From Perna viridis (Eukaryota): a stretch of 64,000 nt of DNA. Each line of letters starts with the position of its first letter. Position 1 is the stretch's first letter. The position numbers were made by a program, and so were the translations under genes. Where the stretch lies: contig CM074524.1 of assembly GCA_037379345.1 (NCBI GenBank), positions 26,780,750 through 26,844,749 of the forward strand. The letters are read 5' to 3'. The notes under the pieces were generated by a model. That model worked only from the letters and a program-made list of their open reading frames with translations, made no database searches and was not told the DNA's origin. This document shows, one piece after another, positions 37,212-50,696 of the stretch.

Positions 37212-40200
37212 CTAGCCAATTGCAGCACTTATTATTGGGAATTGGAGAAAAGTACTTCCTGTTTGTTTATGAGCCACATGTAAGGTCTTTATAAATTTTG
37301 GAATAAATTCTGTCCACAAAGCAGTTCTCATTGGGAGCATGCGAGACGTTGCTTCTATTTTCTGACCAACACGGAGATATCGCTGATGTTCTACGTCATA
37401 AGGTTGCCAATGTTCTTCTAATGGATTTGGTTGGTTCGGATTTCTGAAAAGTAAATTCCAATAATTTGACTGAGAACATACTTTGAGACTGTATATGTAC
37501 ATGCACCTTTTTATACTTATTCTAGCCTTGCGAAATAAAAATAATGTTATAATTCTCTTATGTTGGAAGGGGAAATAGAGGGAACCGAGCTTCGAATGGT
37601 AATAAAAAAGAATATAATCGAAGGATAACAATATGACAAAGATAATACAAGTCTTGTACAATAAACACACTCCTTAAAACTTTCACGGTTCCCACTTTAG
37701 CATTCATGCATCGTTTATCGTGTGTTTACACATGGTTTTGTGTTCGTTCAAACGCACCATAAACGTACGATAGAAGGGTTCGTGTAAACGCACGCTAGGT
37801 GGTCTCAGTATTGCATTAATATTACCACAGACTTCTATAGTGAAGTGCATATTTGTACGGTTTTTAAAAAAAATCTGTAAATTGATTCAATAAAATTTTC
37901 ACTTAGGTAGCATTACTGAAGACATGGGAAAAATAATTTCCCGCAAAAAAAGTCGGGTGAGTCCACGAAGATTAGTCTTTAACTATATATAGCTATATTC
38001 TCTACTTTCACTTTCGATAAAACTTTCACTTAGGTAGCATTACTGAAGACATGGGAAAATAATTTTCCGCAAAAAAAGTAGGGTGAGTCCACGAAGATCG
38101 GACAAAAAAGTAGTCTTTGAACTATTAAATAGCCATTTTCTCTCGTTTTGCACTCGCCAAACCAACCTTTTCAGGCGAACATTTTTATGTTAAAATGTTA
38201 ATTTTTCTTAATCAAAAGTTTGGCATCTTATAGTGTGATGTTTGCCCATTATTCATATATTTTAACAAAACATTAGTTCCTAGAAAGGCGAATAGAAATC
38301 ACACTATTTCTTTTAAATATGCCCCGTGTTTTGACGTACACCTGCTCAGGAATACGCAATGCAATACTGGTACCAGGTATCGTGCGTGCGAGAAACCTAA
38401 ACTTCTCAGGGAGAGTAGCACGTGCAAAGAAAGCAACCCGGACTCCACTAACAATTGGGCATTGACCAGGTAAGCAGCCCCGGTCACCTTATATTGAAAA
38501 ATTGTCGGCCAGGGTATAATGTATCCACAACCTGTCAATAAACCTAAAAACTAGTTCAAATCTGTTGATTTTAACCTTTTTAAAGTGTGGGGGTGGGGCT
38601 TGGAAAATTTTGAAATAAAAAAAAATAACTCGGACCTTTTTTTTTTATTAAAAAAATAGATAGATACATCAAATATTCAAACTTTTGAGAAAAACAGAGA
38701 ATTTTCAAATCAGTCATTGCAGTGTAAAAACAAAACACAAATTTCTTACCCTGTCTTTGCAAAATTTGCAATGTATGACATCAGTCTTTTTGACATCTCA
38801 TTTTCTTCCGCAGGAATCTTAGACCTTGACATTGCAAAAGGTCCCAATACACTGTTCGGAAATCCAAAGAAGTAAGGTATTTCGTCAGCATGTAGGTTGG
38901 GTGGTTGGTAATCTAGTGGTTGGGTGAAGGATGAATGCCTTGCAAATCCCATTAAGTAAGTTTTCTTCCCTTTCTCGCGTTTGGCATGAGCAATGGCAGT
39001 AAAAATTGACGGAATAAAGAAACTAAAGTCCGTATCTAAATTTAAAAGTTCCGTTTTATAGGTTTTGTTACCCAGTGTTTTGTTCCAGTCCGTATACACA
39101 AAAGCTAACATGTTTGCTAGTTCCGGTGACGTAATATTGTACCTATCCAATAGCATTTTCGGTATAACATCTTTCTCAATAACCGTGTCCGGAGAAATTG
39201 TTCCGTTTGTGAATTTTTGTACGTATGGCAGCATAGTTGCACCCGTAACGACCGTTCCATCGCCGGTCAGTGCAACTATTGTTATATCGATGTTGTCAAA
39301 CACAATTCCGGTTTGATCACTCATCAAGGAATAATTCTGAAAAATATCTGGAGCATACTGAAGAACAAAGTCTCCATCTGGAGCAGGAACGAATTCAGGG
39401 CGAAAAAGATTTTCAGATTCCTTTCCGACACGTGATTTTGCAATAATATCGTTTGCAGGTATTCTGCGCATACATTCTAACATTTTTGAATCATTGTTTA
39501 CTGGACAATTCAAATTAAATGCCATGCGTTTTGTAAAATCTAGCATTTTGGCTCGTGTATTGTAACCCCAAGCAGACATGGCGACACCACTCTCGGCTAT
39601 TACACGTGTCACAAGGCCTTTATTCCCAGGATACATTGTTTGGTAGATTGTACTTCCGCCTCCGGCTGATTCACCAAATATCGTTATTTTGTTCGGATCA
39701 CCACCGAAATATATAATGTTATCGTGAACCCACTTAATGGCAAGGTGCTGGTCCCACAGACCTAAATTACCCAATGCGTCTGGGTCGTTTGATGCCATAA
39801 ATCCAAAAGGTCCAAGCCGGTAGTTTATTGTGACCTATGTATACGACAAAATACGATAAATCTCGGTACATTGTAGGTATAGGGGTTAAATGAATAATCG
39901 TACATGTACATGTACAATGCATACTGTTTGTACAGTTCTTATCAATTATTGGTGTTAATACATGTAATAAGTTTAAGCATAGGCAAATTATGAACAATCG
40001 TTTTTTTTTTCACCAGCACACGTAGAAAAATTTAAACTACAGAGTGGAGAAAACTTTTAATATGACTGTATGTATTTTTATTATACATGTAAGAAATGTG
40101 TAATTTAAAATATTGTGCATTTGTGAGTTTTGCTCGTATTAGAAATTAAATCAATTTTCTCTGAAATGACAAAACAAAACAACAAAATATATCCATTGTA

Positions 40201-41638
40201 ATTTTTTACAAACTGGTGGTATAACCTGAGATTGTGATAGATTTTCAATGTAAATGTCAATTATTTTCGTTGTTATTTACATTTTGTTGTTTCATCTTGG
40301 TTACTTAACAAATAAAGGTTTTGACTTTCAATGAGACATGTATACAAAATATGATACATCTATTACCAACCACAATAACATCTTCGTATACCGCCAGATT
40401 TTCTCCAGAATAAATACTAGACTGGCCAATCTGGTAAGCCCCACCATGTATCCATAACATTACAGCCTTATGCTCGGAATAGTTATTACTCGGAACAAAA
40501 ATGTTCAATGTAAGACAGTCTTCCGAAAGGTAGTCACGTCCTGCATAAATAATACAAATGCTTGTTTCAAATTGAAATATTCAATCCGATTGGGAATCAC
40601 ACAAACGTAACCATGGGTTACATCATCGACATCTTACTGTGATTACATTTATACTAGTATTGAAAAAAAATATATCCTTTTGGTCTCAAGTCGAGAGTAA
40701 AATTTATCTTAACATACCTTTGGTTATTATTTGAATTATTGCACTCAACAGTCATTTTCGAAGACGGCCACATGAAATAATGATAAGAAGCCAGTGGAAT
40801 AGTTCCATTACACTGTTCTACTAATATAAGGAGACAAATAAAAGTGCACTTAGATGTTGTGTCAAGATACAGAATGCCTTACATGGAGGAAGACTAAAGC
40901 GAACAATTAAAATCGTAAAAATGATTAAATTTGTAACGTCATTGATAAAATGCACGATGTAACTTTAAAGAAATGAGATGGCAACTACACGTACATTACC
41001 CTGCCAATAAGGTACGGTAGTGAAAATCGTTGGTGCTTACATGATAACATTAAAGACAATATCAAGGTTACATTTTTTTGTGTCAGTGGGATTGTTGGTT
41101 AACTGAAAAAGAATATAAGAACAAAACAATCGTTTTGTTCTAATTCTCGTCTCATCACAGTCGGAAGTGTTCGTGTAACAACAAAAGTCATGTTAAAACA
41201 AAGAAATTAAATTAAGAAATGTGAATGAAGAATAATAAGTACAGCTGAAAAAAAAACTATACTGTAAGACAATATACTATCACTACTGCACTATATCACT
41301 ATAGCACTACAGAAACACTTTTTGGGAAAAATCTTCATTGGAACATTACCTGGTAACCACATCGACATCAAAAACTTGTTCTGTAAACATCCGGGTCCGA
41401 ATTGGTTGGCAATGAACGGTGTCTGAAAATGTTTGGCAGGTCTCGGTTTCCTGAATCTTAAACTCCCAACAGGAGGCTCAGCATATGGAATTCCAAGGAA
41501 TTTCGTAACATTTAAAGCCTTATTGTTAAAAAGTGTACGTTCTTCGATTCCATGGATTTCACCAACGTTCGTATGAATAACACGTACCGTATGTCCCAAA
41601 GACAATATTAAACAGACGGACAGTGCAAAGGTCAGCAT
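37212..41638 (-). CDS. Type-B carboxylesterase/cholinesterase-family protein, secreted (591 aa); exons 41638-41350, 40540-40371, 39834-38750, 37443-37212
   Basis: Signal peptide; FLGIPYAEPPVGSLRF, SEDCLTLNIFVP, WIHGGAY (oxyanion hole), VTINYRLG, GNLGLWDQ, FGESAGG (catalytic Ser), TGDG (acid position), HADEI (catalytic His), ANFAKTGNPN. Splice phases 1,0,2 are consistent, total 1776 nt. Confidence 0.95.
37897..38140. repeat. Local tandem duplication (~128-bp period, 2 copies) in carboxylesterase intron 3
   Basis: tttcacttaggtagcattactgaagacatgggaaaa...gggtgagtccacgaagat at 37897 and again at 38025. Confidence 0.85.
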
Positions 41639-43115
41639 TTTATGTGCTATTAAACACTAACCTTCACTTTCTTAACTATGTCGCAATTACTTATCTATAT
41701 TTATCACTGCTTGCTTATGTAAGAACAAGATAGGTTGATATGTTCACATTATCATTAAACGATGTAAAATGATAATTATAGTACTCAAAATGTTTATACC
41801 AGTATGTGTTACCCTAGTGTATTATCTTCTAATAGAGTTTAAATACCGATCTAACAACAAATGAAATAAACCTAATCGAGTATCCTAAGAACTCCGTGTG
41901 TCCAATAAATGGTGCCATTACTCCAGTAGTTTTGGCTTACTGTTGGTTGCTACCAATAGCTATGGACCGATCGGTATCAAACATTAACACTGGTGCTTAA
42001 CACCAACAGCTATCGACGATTACCATATTTACCGATAGATATCATGCATACACCAGCATCTTCCGAATATATATGTACAAGAGAGCAAGCTTCACTGCTG
42101 GTACCAGTCACAAAAATAGCCGTCGTATGCAAACAACCGGTATCATACGTCAGCATCTGACGAAGAATACCAACAGACACTAAACTTCAACAGCCAGCCG
42201 AAGCTACAAAAAATTTAAAAGCTATTTTTTGTTCTTAAAAAATGCATAGCTTATAAAATTTAAAAAAGACTGTATATTACAAATGAGTGCGGAACCATAG
42301 AAGTAAAAAATGTAAAAATTTCGGAACCTTCAAACTTTTTATTGTGGTTGAAAAAAAGAAGGTCAACCCTTCTTGCCATGGTGGTTTTTCGATTTCTGAA
42401 TGAAAGTACTACAATAAAAATGGGGTTTGAGGAATAGTTTTAATTAGAAACTACTGAAAAACTTGAAAAAGTTAGTATTGTCGGCTATGGGAAAATACAT
42501 ATATAAACTTAATATCTGGGAGAAGAACTAATCAGTATACAACGAGCTCATAGATAATATGTGATTATTATCTAATATACATACCTGCATATACAGTGTA
42601 TTTCACGCGCCAATCGCCATGACGTAACCAAACAGTGGTTGGAAATGATTATAATTTAATTTGTGACGCAAAACCTGATGGTACATATATAATATATACA
42701 GCTTTCGTAATTGTGTATGTCATTGACGATCCAACATAATTATAACCTTTCTAGTGGAAAAGATACTTAGAATAATTATTTGTATGAGTCATAATTGTTG
42801 TTACATTTTTTTCTCATTTTAAAAACATCAAAGATTGCGATCAAAGAGAAAGAAATATGCTACTCAAAGTTTATAATAAAATAAAAAAAAATAAAGAGCA
42901 TGGACGCCGGGGCATGCGTGCTCTGATTTTTTCGACAATTCATCGAGAAGCGCTTTTTAAGTCACTAATGTTGTGACGGACTTCTTGCATTCCTAATTTC
43001 AGTACTTTATATTCGCATATGATTTGCACAATTATATATTTATACTCCACGTTATGCTACAGATCTGTACCATATTTACCACCATAGCGTCATAGTTCTA
43101 GCTTCATACGAGATA

Positions 43116-43615
43116 AAAATGTACCTCTTAAATATCATACACGTGTGTTCTATATGTGTTTCTTGTTTGTATGAGAACGGGAAGTTTATATGAAATGACC
43201 GGTTAGCATTGAATATTACCCAGTTTCCGATTCAGACAGAAGGGCTCGTTAAAAGACTATCTAGGTCACATTAGCACGGCCCTGATATCTATGAATATTC
43301 TTTGCCAGTTGTTTAATCTGGTTCCTAATCTGGTTCCATTGTCAATATCATATGCAACCCAAAACTCGCTACAACGTACAAAATGTACTTCCTTTAAAAA
43401 TATCATGCACATGTCTATGTGTGATTTTTTTGCTTGTTTGAGAACGGGAAGTTTACATTAAAAGATGAAATGATCGGTTACCATTGAATTAATGTAATGT
43501 TACCCAGTTTCCGATTCAAACACAAGGGCTCGTTAAAATTGATCATATATAGGTCATATACATCATCAGGGCCCCGATATCTATATATAGCCATTTCCAA
43601 TTGTTTAATCTGTTT
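43116..43615. repeat. Diverged tandem duplication (~264-bp unit, 2 copies)
   Basis: aaaatgtac..., gagaacgggaagttta, ttacccagtttccgattca, aagggctcgttaaaa and ttgtttaatctg each occur twice in order. Confidence 0.8.
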
Positions 43616-45984
43616 CCGGGTAATTGAAAACATTCGGGCTATCGAGGTTACGACAGAATACGCAATCATATCAACGGAACCAAACTTTTAGCGTAAGTTA
43701 CCCGATTTTGGACATATTGCATTCGTGCCATTTCGGATGTTGAAAGTAAATCAGTGACAGAGAATATTTGACGATTAGCGACTTGAAGATTTCAGTCTTT
43801 GATTTGTTACGTTGCTGATGTCTCGTCCAACGGAAATATGCTAAAGAACTTTGAACATATATTGAGTGAGCTACTTTTGATAATTTTATTTGAAAATCTA
43901 CATTGTTAAATAGATTTCAAATTTGTGCAAACATTTTTTTACACAGATTTGAACAGAAAAAAAAAAAACCTTAATTTGATTCAATATTCCTCCCATTACT
44001 TAGCAATGTAGTTTAACTCCAGCAGCTGCTAAAAAATTAAGTGTTTTTGCGTTTGTGCGAAAATACATTCCCTATTCAAAATGAAATGAAATCCCAGACC
44101 CCCTTTCCGCCCTCTTCCTCGAGCGGAAAAATGGTCTGTACTTTATATCTCCAAGAGTCGATAATGCAAGCATAACTTGGTGACATATTTAACATATTTC
44201 AGCTGAAATTATTTCTATTAAAATGTAATGTTTTTAACGTAGTTAATTATGTCCATTACAACAACCAAATGTGGTTGTCGATGAAGTTTTTTTGTTATAT
44301 TTATAAACATTAATGCATTTCTCAGTTGACAGATCTCTTTGATTTTAACCACAGAGTGAAATCATTATAAGTACAGATTTATCAAAACTAGACAGCCTGG
44401 TAGTACATGATTAATCTTAGTGTAACTATAATTAGGTCATTAAAAGTAATTTTTTGGGGTGATGATTATTTTGTATGCAGTATTATCAATCATTAATGCC
44501 ACTATTTAATTATAATTTTATTTTCACGAAAAAGTCGATCAATTCAAAGAGTAATCAAGGGAACCAAGGTTATAGCGGTAATAAAAGGAATGTAATCCAT
44601 GAAAAAAGACCAGACATGGAAAACAGACATACACAACAAAGAACATAAAGTAACTAAAATCATACATACAAAGTAACAAAAGTAAATGAGCAACTCGGAC
44701 ACCAATAAAAACTGGGAGCATGGACCAGGTGCACTGGTAGGGTAAGCGTCCTCTGCTTTTCTAGAAACACACACCGAGTTGCTCATAAAAGATCAAGTCC
44801 GGCGTAGACAAACAAGGAAAGGAAAACTATTACCCATTGAATAAATCAGTCTTCATGGTGCAGATGGATACACCATAGCGATCCACGAGTTCATGATGAC
44901 GACCATAAAACTTCTGTAGTGATTACTTCAATCTTGTAGTAACATAACCCTGTTCCAGAAGCCTATTTGTTAGAGTTCTAGCGCGATACAAAAAGTCTGC
45001 GTAGTTTCGACAAGCTCTGGCATAACGTATGGGTTGTGATATGAACACTCCATACGCAGGTGCTGAAGGGATGTTGCTACAGATGGAAGGAAAGTTGCCA
45101 TTCTGAATGAAAAGTCATCGTGTTTGTCGTAAAGTTGGGTCAATAGTTTTCCTTTACCATCGGTTTCTATGTGTAGGTCAAGATATGAGGCTGACTTCAC
45201 AGTGTCTGTAATATCCTTTATCTCAAGTTCTTCAGGGTAGATGCGATGTATCAAATCCACGAAATTAGGATTGTTTAAAGATAATACCTCATCTATATAG
45301 CGGAAACTGAGTTTAAAGGATCTAGCCAAACGATATTCTTTCCTTCGGATCATATCAGCTATAAAGTCAGCCTAATAAGAATGAAGGAATAGGTCAGCAA
45401 GTAAAGGAGCATAATTGGTTCCCATTGGAATGCCGACCATTTGTTGAAAAACACGTCCATCACACTGGAAAAACATGTTGTTCCAGCATTGTGTAAACTT
45501 CTTCCTCTGTATATTTGGAAGAATATTTGGAATTATTTCTTACAAAGTATGAGGAATCTATACCAAGATCTATATATTTGTTTCTAGGTGTACCATCTTG
45601 TTTGGAAAAACAACGATGTATAATGTTTTTAAGTCGGGATTTTAACTGAGTATAGGGAATAGAAGTGTACAATGTTGAAAAATCACAGGTTTTAATGCCA
45701 TTATATTCAGATAATAGTCTTGAACTGAGTTTAGGAATCCAGTATATAGACGGTAAAACACAATCATCGTCCTTGGTAGAGAGACCAAAAGAGGATAGCA
45801 CAGATTTATGGTTTTCACAATCACTTCTTTGGAGGGTGTTGTAGCAGTATAGGTCTTATCATTGCTATTATTTTCTACGTCTACCCCCGATAATAAGCAT
45901 TGGAAGTAAAACGTTTGCAGACAAAAACAATGTTGTCTTGGACTTTGTCCATAAGAACTTTAAAGTTATAATTCCACTTTATGG

Positions 45985-46499
45985 GCCCGGTGCAGGTAGG
46001 GGTGTCAACTGAATAGGCCTGCAGCAGCGCTAAGCATGTCGTAAAAGGCGACTAAACAGTGCTCAGAAACCTAGCCGGGGCCTAGGCGCTCTGCCCACAG
46101 AGCAACCGGGATGTGTGCCCCAGGTGGTGGAATGGGGTACCCCTGGCGTGTTACATGCTGGGTTTGTCAGGCTATAATACGGAAAACCTGATCGCAAACC
46201 ATAGTGGTGCACCGTGTTGGGAAAGATGCCACGTTCCTCGCACGTTAAGAACCTTGCTGTGGTATTCGATAGGAGTAGGAACTTTTGTGCTCCGCCACAG
46301 GAGGCTAAATTGCCCGACCCTGCCCATCCCTCCTTTTTATCATGTGACAATCAAAATTTGTCGACCCTATTATCCTTTTTGTCCCATCATCATCATTTCA
46401 TGTTCATTTTATCATCCTTTTCATGTTCATCGCCTGAATATGGCTGAAATATTGCTGCTCGGGCGTTAAACCCCAACAATCAATCAATCAATCAATCAA
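45985..46499 (+). mobile_element. SINE inserted in the Penelope ORF (Meta-like plus Deu/Nin-like domains, (AATC)n tail)
   Basis: 11-bp target duplication cca(c/a)tttatgg at 45974-45984 and 46500-46510 splits the host frame (…REPRSINW|NYNFKVLMD). Motifs tgtcgtaaaaggcgactaaa and gcacgttaagaacc..ttcgataggagtagg..ggctaaatt resemble conserved SINE central domains (recalled from memory); tail ggcgttaaaccccaa(caat)n. Confidence 0.8.
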
Positions 46500-47050
46500 C
46501 CAATTTATGGAGCGTGGTTCACGGTACTTGAGACCTTTAGAACGGATATTACGCAGAGATTCGTTTTCGCTGATGGTTAAATCTCCCGTAACGACGAGAC
46601 CAGAAGGACCATATTTGAATGGAGAGTTTTTGGAAGAACAGTCAGGTGGTTTAGCCTTGAAGTCCTCAATCTTGAGGTTCTGCAATGGGTGAAGTATAGG
46701 AATATGAAATAATTGGTATGGATTTGTCTTTGAACTGTGGGGGAAATTTGTTGGTAACGTTTTTGTGACGGAGGATGTCAGCAAAATTAATTGCATCTAT
46801 ACCATTGTTGACAAAAGGGTAGTGGAAGAAATGATCGTTTTTCTTCATCTTGACTTTTCACATAAACTGGTTTAAAGAGTCTGTGGAAACCAATATCCAA
46901 AATGAAGGCTACAAGTCTGTATAATGATGAGGTGGGGTCAGAAACAGGAGTATCTGTTTTGTAAAGGGAGTGTTGTAGAGTGAGAGGTATAGAATAAAGT
47001 TTGGTTCTAATGTGTAAAATTGACAAGAAAACAATAAAAACCGTAAAATA

Positions 47051-47185
47051 CAGTGACCTCGCCGTGGTCACGTGATGCCATCACCGGTTTAACGGATCAG
47101 TTTGACGGATCGATGACTGACCGGAAATTGATCGATGACCGATGACCGATCGAAATTTTTGTTGCAGGGATCGGTTCAGGTACTG
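47051..47185. mobile_element. Small TA-flanked MITE (Tc1/mariner-like) inserted in the Penelope element
   Basis: TA|CAGTGACCT ... AGGTACTG|TA ends with internal gaccgat/gatcgat repeats; interrupts the host after RRERSYGHRH. Confidence 0.6.
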
Positions 47186-49464
47186 TATTGTGGCGATGGC
47201 CATAACTCCTTTCCCGTCTTGGATTTTTGTCAAATAAATTCATCACATTTACGCTATTGTTATATTGGCTCGAAAGGTTTCCTATACTTTTGATATTGTC
47301 ATTGCATCCGTAAGGTATTGCAGTACCTAGTCTGCGTATCCAGTACTCCTCTCTTTCCCTACCATAGTTTTTACTTAGAACGGGACTGTTCGTAGGATGG
47401 TAATTTTTTTTCTAAAATACGAACTTTCATAGAGAGGATTGAATAATCTTGTTGAATAAAGTGTTGATAAGCTGTCGGGAATTTGGTGGTGTTAATTCCC
47501 GAACGATGACATTATTTTGTTTAATCGTTCTTGCGTTTCTCCGACATATACTAAACCAAGTTGCATTCTAATCCATATATTAGGTGTGTTGATTTGAAAC
47601 TTAAGTCATCGTGACTTCTTGTATGGAAGGTTTTGTTTGTAAGGGAACTGGAGAAGTAAGAGTCGGTTATAGGAATGTTGTATGTTTTGCAATTTTTAAT
47701 ACCACATTTTGATATGGTACAATGTGGTTCGTCATCGTTGTAGTCAAATATATCATTTAAGGTGATGGAACATGGTTTGATAATTTTTAAATAGTCAGAA
47801 TTTTTGTACTGGAATAGATGGTCTGCAGACTGAACGTGTGATTGGGTACTTTTCGTTGAATTGGTCGGGCACTTTCCATACCAGATGAGAGTGTGCTTGA
47901 TTCCCATCTGTTCTGAATCAGTATTTTGTCTAGGACGCCATTGACGTCAATATTGAAAAAATAAAAAAAACAGTTACTGTATCTTATATTTAGACAAGTG
48001 AATTGATGCCACTTGTGGATCATAGGACCACGACAGTATTCACAAGCCCAGAAGACTGACTTGTCCTACCTGAATTATATAATAAATTTGTAATCCTCAT
48101 AAACGCAGAGGCTTCATTCCTTGTATTACATTTGGTAAAACCTCTTCAAAGCTGGATTTGGCCTACCATTGCGATTTTTTTTGCTTTGAGTTATTTAGGC
48201 TACAAATCAGTTTAAAAAATTGATCTTAAACCTAAAAAAATATTTGATTCTAATGCTACCGATGGGAAGGACTTCTTGAAAAATATGTATCTATGGAACA
48301 ATATTTACATGATTAGTATTCTTGTTTTTACTTACATACGAACATGTAACAAACAATTGGTTAATCTATAAATCTTGATTAAAACCCAACGCATTTTGCC
48401 CATACTACAGTGTATCAAATTTCTTATTCAGAATATGTTAATGTTTATGAAAATATTATATTTGGATTGTAAAAAAATGACAATAATTTAAATAATCGCA
48501 AAAAAGACACGTGTTTCGCAAAATATGGTAGATAAATCGAGGCGTAACTTCTATAACTTTCTTACTTCTCTAAAAACCAAATTCAATGGTAATGAGTAAT
48601 ACTGACATCTATAATTATGCACATTTACAATAAAATGTTTCGTTTATTATATTATGATAACAACACCTCATATAACAGTAAGTAGAAACGTAAAAACTAT
48701 AAAAGTCTCAGAATGTCGGATCAAATTGATAGAGAGAAGATAATGTAAGCATAGAAGGGTTTTAAAATCAAGTTTTGTTTGTCAATAGCACAAATAAATT
48801 TGCAGATATTATTAAGATAAGGGAGATAGCGACTATTTATCAGCTAACCACATTTTAAGATATTTGGTCGAACGTATAATCCACTCTTCAGGCGACTACC
48901 AACTACATTCAGGTCTTAAAAATTCTGTATATCAAGCAATATATAATACAAATACATTTTCGGCCGAGTCTCTTTTAAATGATGCTGATGTTAAATAAAA
49001 ATTGGCATATTCGGAGGACCCGATAGATGTTCTGACTATGAATAGTAAAATTGTTAACATGTATGTACACGAGAAACTGAAAAGATACACAGATATTTTT
49101 AGTGAAATTAAAACTCGAAATGTAAGAAAACCCTCTAAACCATTAAAGAACTGAAAATTTGTTACGGTGTGTACAAGTTAAGATTATTTTGCCGTTTCCA
49201 TAGAGACACCAGGAGTTTTATGTGTATCGGACTGGGTCCTGGGAAATATGTTTTTAAGTTCATTATAATAAACTGATTCTACTTAATTAAGTAAAGCCTG
49301 ACAACGAAATCGGACCTTGACACATTAATAAATACAATGAAATATTTTGAAGTGTGGATAAGGTGTCCTGTTAAGACTAGAAGACCTCGTGTTTTCGGAT
49401 GTAAAATCCGGATTGGTATTGTTTTCAGTATCACACAGTAGTAGAGAAGACAAATCTGCCAACT

Positions 49465-49785
49465 GTATTGACATATTTCTTTACTCTAATGATGCTGACT
49501 TTATAGCTGATCTGATTTAAAAGAAGGAACATCGTTTAGGAAGATCCTTTAGTCTCAGTTTCCGCTATATAGATAACGTATCATCGTTAAACAATCCTAG
49601 TTTCGGGGATATGATGCATTGCATCTATCCCAAAAGAACTCGTGATAAAGGATACTTCTGATATTGTGAAGTCAGCCTCATATCTTGACCTACACTTAGA
49701 GATCGATGGTGAAGGAAAACTATTGATGACTTTTCATTCCGTATTGTCAATTTTCCTTTCATCTGTGTTAACATCACTTCAGCAC
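49465..49785 (+). mobile_element. Penelope-like RT fragment
   Basis: Reverse complement of 45060-45395 (gctgactttatagctgat, ctcagtttccgctatatagat, gtgaagtcagcctcatatcttgacctacac). Confidence 0.8.
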
Positions 49786-50308
49786 GGGAGGTCATAGGTT
49801 CAATCATGGGTCTCAGAGTAGTATACTTGCCATAAGTACGGGAGCTCTTTGGTTCAATCTCCGGTAGAGTCAACTTTGAAATTGGTAATAACTGTTTTTT
49901 TTTCGCCAAGTACGCCGAGTGTAAGTGGTCAGCGCGGACTCTGAATACATGTAATGTGTCTGCGTCTTGTGGCATGCCTAACATGTACCTGCGAGTACAC
50001 TAAACATCCGAGTAAGCGTGTCAGACAAGTACAAAGTAGGACCTGTTCGATTGTTCAACCGTTATCGTTCAGGGCCCAGTTGTTCAAAACTGTCGTTATA
50101 TTTAATTATGATTAGCCTTAACGATTCGTTAAAAATTAATTACATGTTAGTTAACGCTTGCATTAAAATGTGTTGCACAAAATTATTCAACAACTGTGTT
50201 AGCTAACACCATGCTAGCTGATTAGTGTTAAAATGTTACTCATCATCCTATGCAAAAAGTTCGGGAATATGTATGCTTACTTCTGAAGACCTACATGATG
50301 CACCAAGG

Positions 50309-50696
50309 ATGCTTCCAAGGGACAGAAAGACAAATTTCTCTCTAGAGGAGACAAATATTATAACTGAAAGAGTGATTAGTGAGATGGAACTTCTTAGGGG
50401 AAGGCACAACAACTGTATAACTACACAAATGAATAATATGTGGCAAAAGATCACTGATGAGATGAATGCAGTTGGAATTTGCTTCAGGACTGTAAGTGAG
50501 GTCAGAAACAAATACCGTAACTTACAGAGGGGCGCCAAAGCGAAATTTTCAGTTTCTAGAATGGAAATGCAGAGTACTGGTGGTGGACCACCACCCCCAG
50601 TTACTACACCAGCAGAGATGATCATCAACAGCCTCCGAGACACAGCATCTTTCAGTGGTGTAGAAGGAGGCTTAGAAACACGTATTGTAATAAGCG
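50309..50696 (+). pseudogene. Harbinger Myb/SANT-like DNA-binding protein, first exon
   Basis: RKTNFSLEE...WQKITDEMNA....RTVSEVRNKYRNL...STGGGPPP, the trihelix/Myb-SANT pattern of Harbinger ORFs; donor gtgagt at 50697. Confidence 0.8.

Larger units (their letters stand above)
44545..48070 (-). mobile_element. Penelope-like retroelement with N-terminal GIY-YIG endonuclease and C-terminal RT (Naiad-type architecture), decayed, with two nested insertions
   Basis: 5' to 3' on minus: CGIKNCKT..IYGLECN..YVGET..EEYWIRRLGTAIPYGCND (GIY-YIG, 47.7-47.3 kb); SKGLKYREP; IYWIPKL; DFSTLYTSIP; GIPMGTNYAPLLADLFL; FRYIDEV; SASYLDL; YDK.DDFSF; KFYGRHHEL (Penelope RT; stop ~44830). Many frameshifts and stops; 5' boundary approximate. 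Confidence 0.9.

Noticed and set aside
44686-44830. SECIS element in the Naiad-type 3' UTR
   Set aside because: ATGA is present but is part of a Watson-Crick stem, lacks the AAR at the expected spacing and a paired GA quartet; no in-frame TGA at a conserved Cys was seen.
46063-46469. GC-richer ORFs of 77-118 aa
   Set aside because: They lie inside the target-duplication-bounded SINE; non-coding.
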